Shown one piece after another: positions 62,344 to 64,000 of a stretch of DNA of 64,000 nucleotides (positions are counted from its first letter, which is position 1; every line of letters begins with the position of its first letter). Origin of the DNA: Heptranchias perlo (lineage: Eukaryota). The notes beneath the pieces were generated by a model, which saw nothing but the letters and a program-made list of their open reading frames with translations, searched no databases and had not been told where the DNA came from. The stretch lies in the NCBI RefSeq assembly GCF_035084215.1, contig NC_090340.1:15190001-15254000 (forward strand), read 5' to 3'. The translations under genes were made by a program, and so were the position numbers.

Positions 62344-64000
62344 ATTTGATTCTTAACAACTGGAACTTCCGTAACCATCATTTGTATTGGTTGCCGGAAG
62401 ATAGTAACAGAATATGAAATCAAAACGCAAATGTTAGGTTTTTAATCAATCATATTATTGCCTCTAGAGCTTTGTGATTTGTTTATTTCAGAGTAATGGT
62501 ACCACGCATATTTTATTAATCGCTAGACGACTCCCATTGGCCCTGCTCACCGAATCGGGGGTTCTCGAAGAACAGGGATCGAATGCAAAGTAATTTTAGA
62601 ATGGAAATTGATTCAGCAGCATTCAGGCAGACCAGGAATCTGGGAGTATTCGGAAGATTCGAGTTTTAAAAGTATTGGGATGGGGGTCTAGCAGTACTTT
62701 GAGTGTCTCGGGATCTGACTGCTTTGAGAGAGTGCCCAAGTATTCTGGGAACACTCAACAGAGGAGATAATGGCAATAAACTGCAAGGCCTTTCTTACGG
62801 GATCTCTGTGAGATGGATGTTGGGTTGTGCTCAGCGTCCGGCAGCAATGGCGGCAGTTCTTGGATCACGGAGCTTTCGAAATGTAGTTGAGGGGTTTGGG
62901 AGCACTGAAAGGGGGGGGTCTCAGATCTGACAGTTTAGTCAGAAAGTCCGAGAAAGGGAGCCGTAGAATCTAGCATGACTGAGACAGTAGTTTGGGAAAA
63001 CCGGAGGACAGGACCCCGGCAGTATTGGGTGCTGTTGAGATCTGGCAACAATGGGAGAGCAAGGTCTTGCAACTTTGCAAGGGATGGGGGCCCAGAAGAA
63101 TAGGACCTAAACTGCCTTTGGTCCCTTTCAAAACAACAGACCCCAACTTACCACTATCGACCAGGCTTTCCACCTGCTCACTCCCAAAGGTCCTTAGGTG
63201 CCCTGTATCTTTAGGCGCGTTGGCAGGCAATCTCTACCTGAAAGCACTTTAATGTAACTTTTCTGCTTCTTACAATTAATGGGCAGCATGGAGCGGAGGT
63301 GACATTTTCATAATATTCTCTCTCAGCCTATGCCAGGCGCACAAGTGTGAAAAATTTCTCCTTTAGTTCATACGCCAGCTTACTGGACTTGACATTCCAC
63401 AGCGATACTCCCAGTCTTTCAGCCACTTGCACCGTTTCTCTAATGTTTTTGCCCGTCTCCTGCCGAATTTATAGCAGACCAGGATAACGCACACGGAATT
63501 TCATGGCACAGTCTTTAATAAGCATAACATTTTGGTTGTGGAAACCACATTCACAAGGTTGCTAATCACAGGGTCTGTCTCTCACTGGTGTTGTCTCAGC
63601 AGTTCACAACAGAGAGCAGCATCTCTTAATAAATGTTATCACTTTCATGAAGTAAATATTTGCGAATTCAATCTTAATTTTATTTCAAACTCTTTTGGAA
63701 AAAGCAAAGAAATTCTGAAATCCTCACGGACTGAAGGGACATGTCCTCTACTCTTTAATTCCTGTTGATGCACAGGTGGAATGTTGGGAATGCAGAGATG
63801 AGGTGACAGTTTCCTCCAACTGCTGTGAGATAAAAATATCTAGTTGAAGTCTAAGTTTTTGAGATCGGTTGAGACCTCAAAACAAAGACTTTAATGAAGG
63901 TTTTAAAAGACACAAGAGTCAATTGAGTGGGTAAGTTCAAACAGTAACAAGATAATGAGATTATCATTTTATTGGTCCTCTGTTAACGGACACAGAGTTA

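Overview
Eukaryotic, intron-containing, repeat-dense genomic DNA. The repeat content suggests a cartilaginous fish (inference, not verified): many CR1 and L2 LINEs, a second CR1/L2-clade LINE family with a partner tRNA-headed SINE, Penelope-like remnants and PIF/Harbinger-like elements with a Myb/SANT ORF. Most of the window is decayed, often nested, transposable elements, and almost every ORF in the supplied track is a TE fragment or noise. Between the TEs lies a minus-strand tandem cluster of immunoglobulin-superfamily receptor genes. It has leader exons, germline-joined VJ-type exons without RSS, C1-set exons, an intact transmembrane exon and candidate Tyr-motif cytoplasmic exons. Every clear Ig exon carries stops or frameshifts, so this looks like the dead part of a SIRP/NKp30-like birth-and-death family. 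Other notable structures are: a near-perfect ~341-bp inverted duplication beside a truncated Harbinger end; two copies of a composite Harbinger element carrying the same captured CR1 tail; a 42-bp-stem hairpin found in only one of those copies; two minimal hammerhead-ribozyme motifs in Penelope remnants; and adjacent 32-bp and 38-bp minisatellites. No intact host protein-coding gene, rRNA, tRNA or CRISPR array was found. All translations were done by eye, and TE boundaries are approximate.
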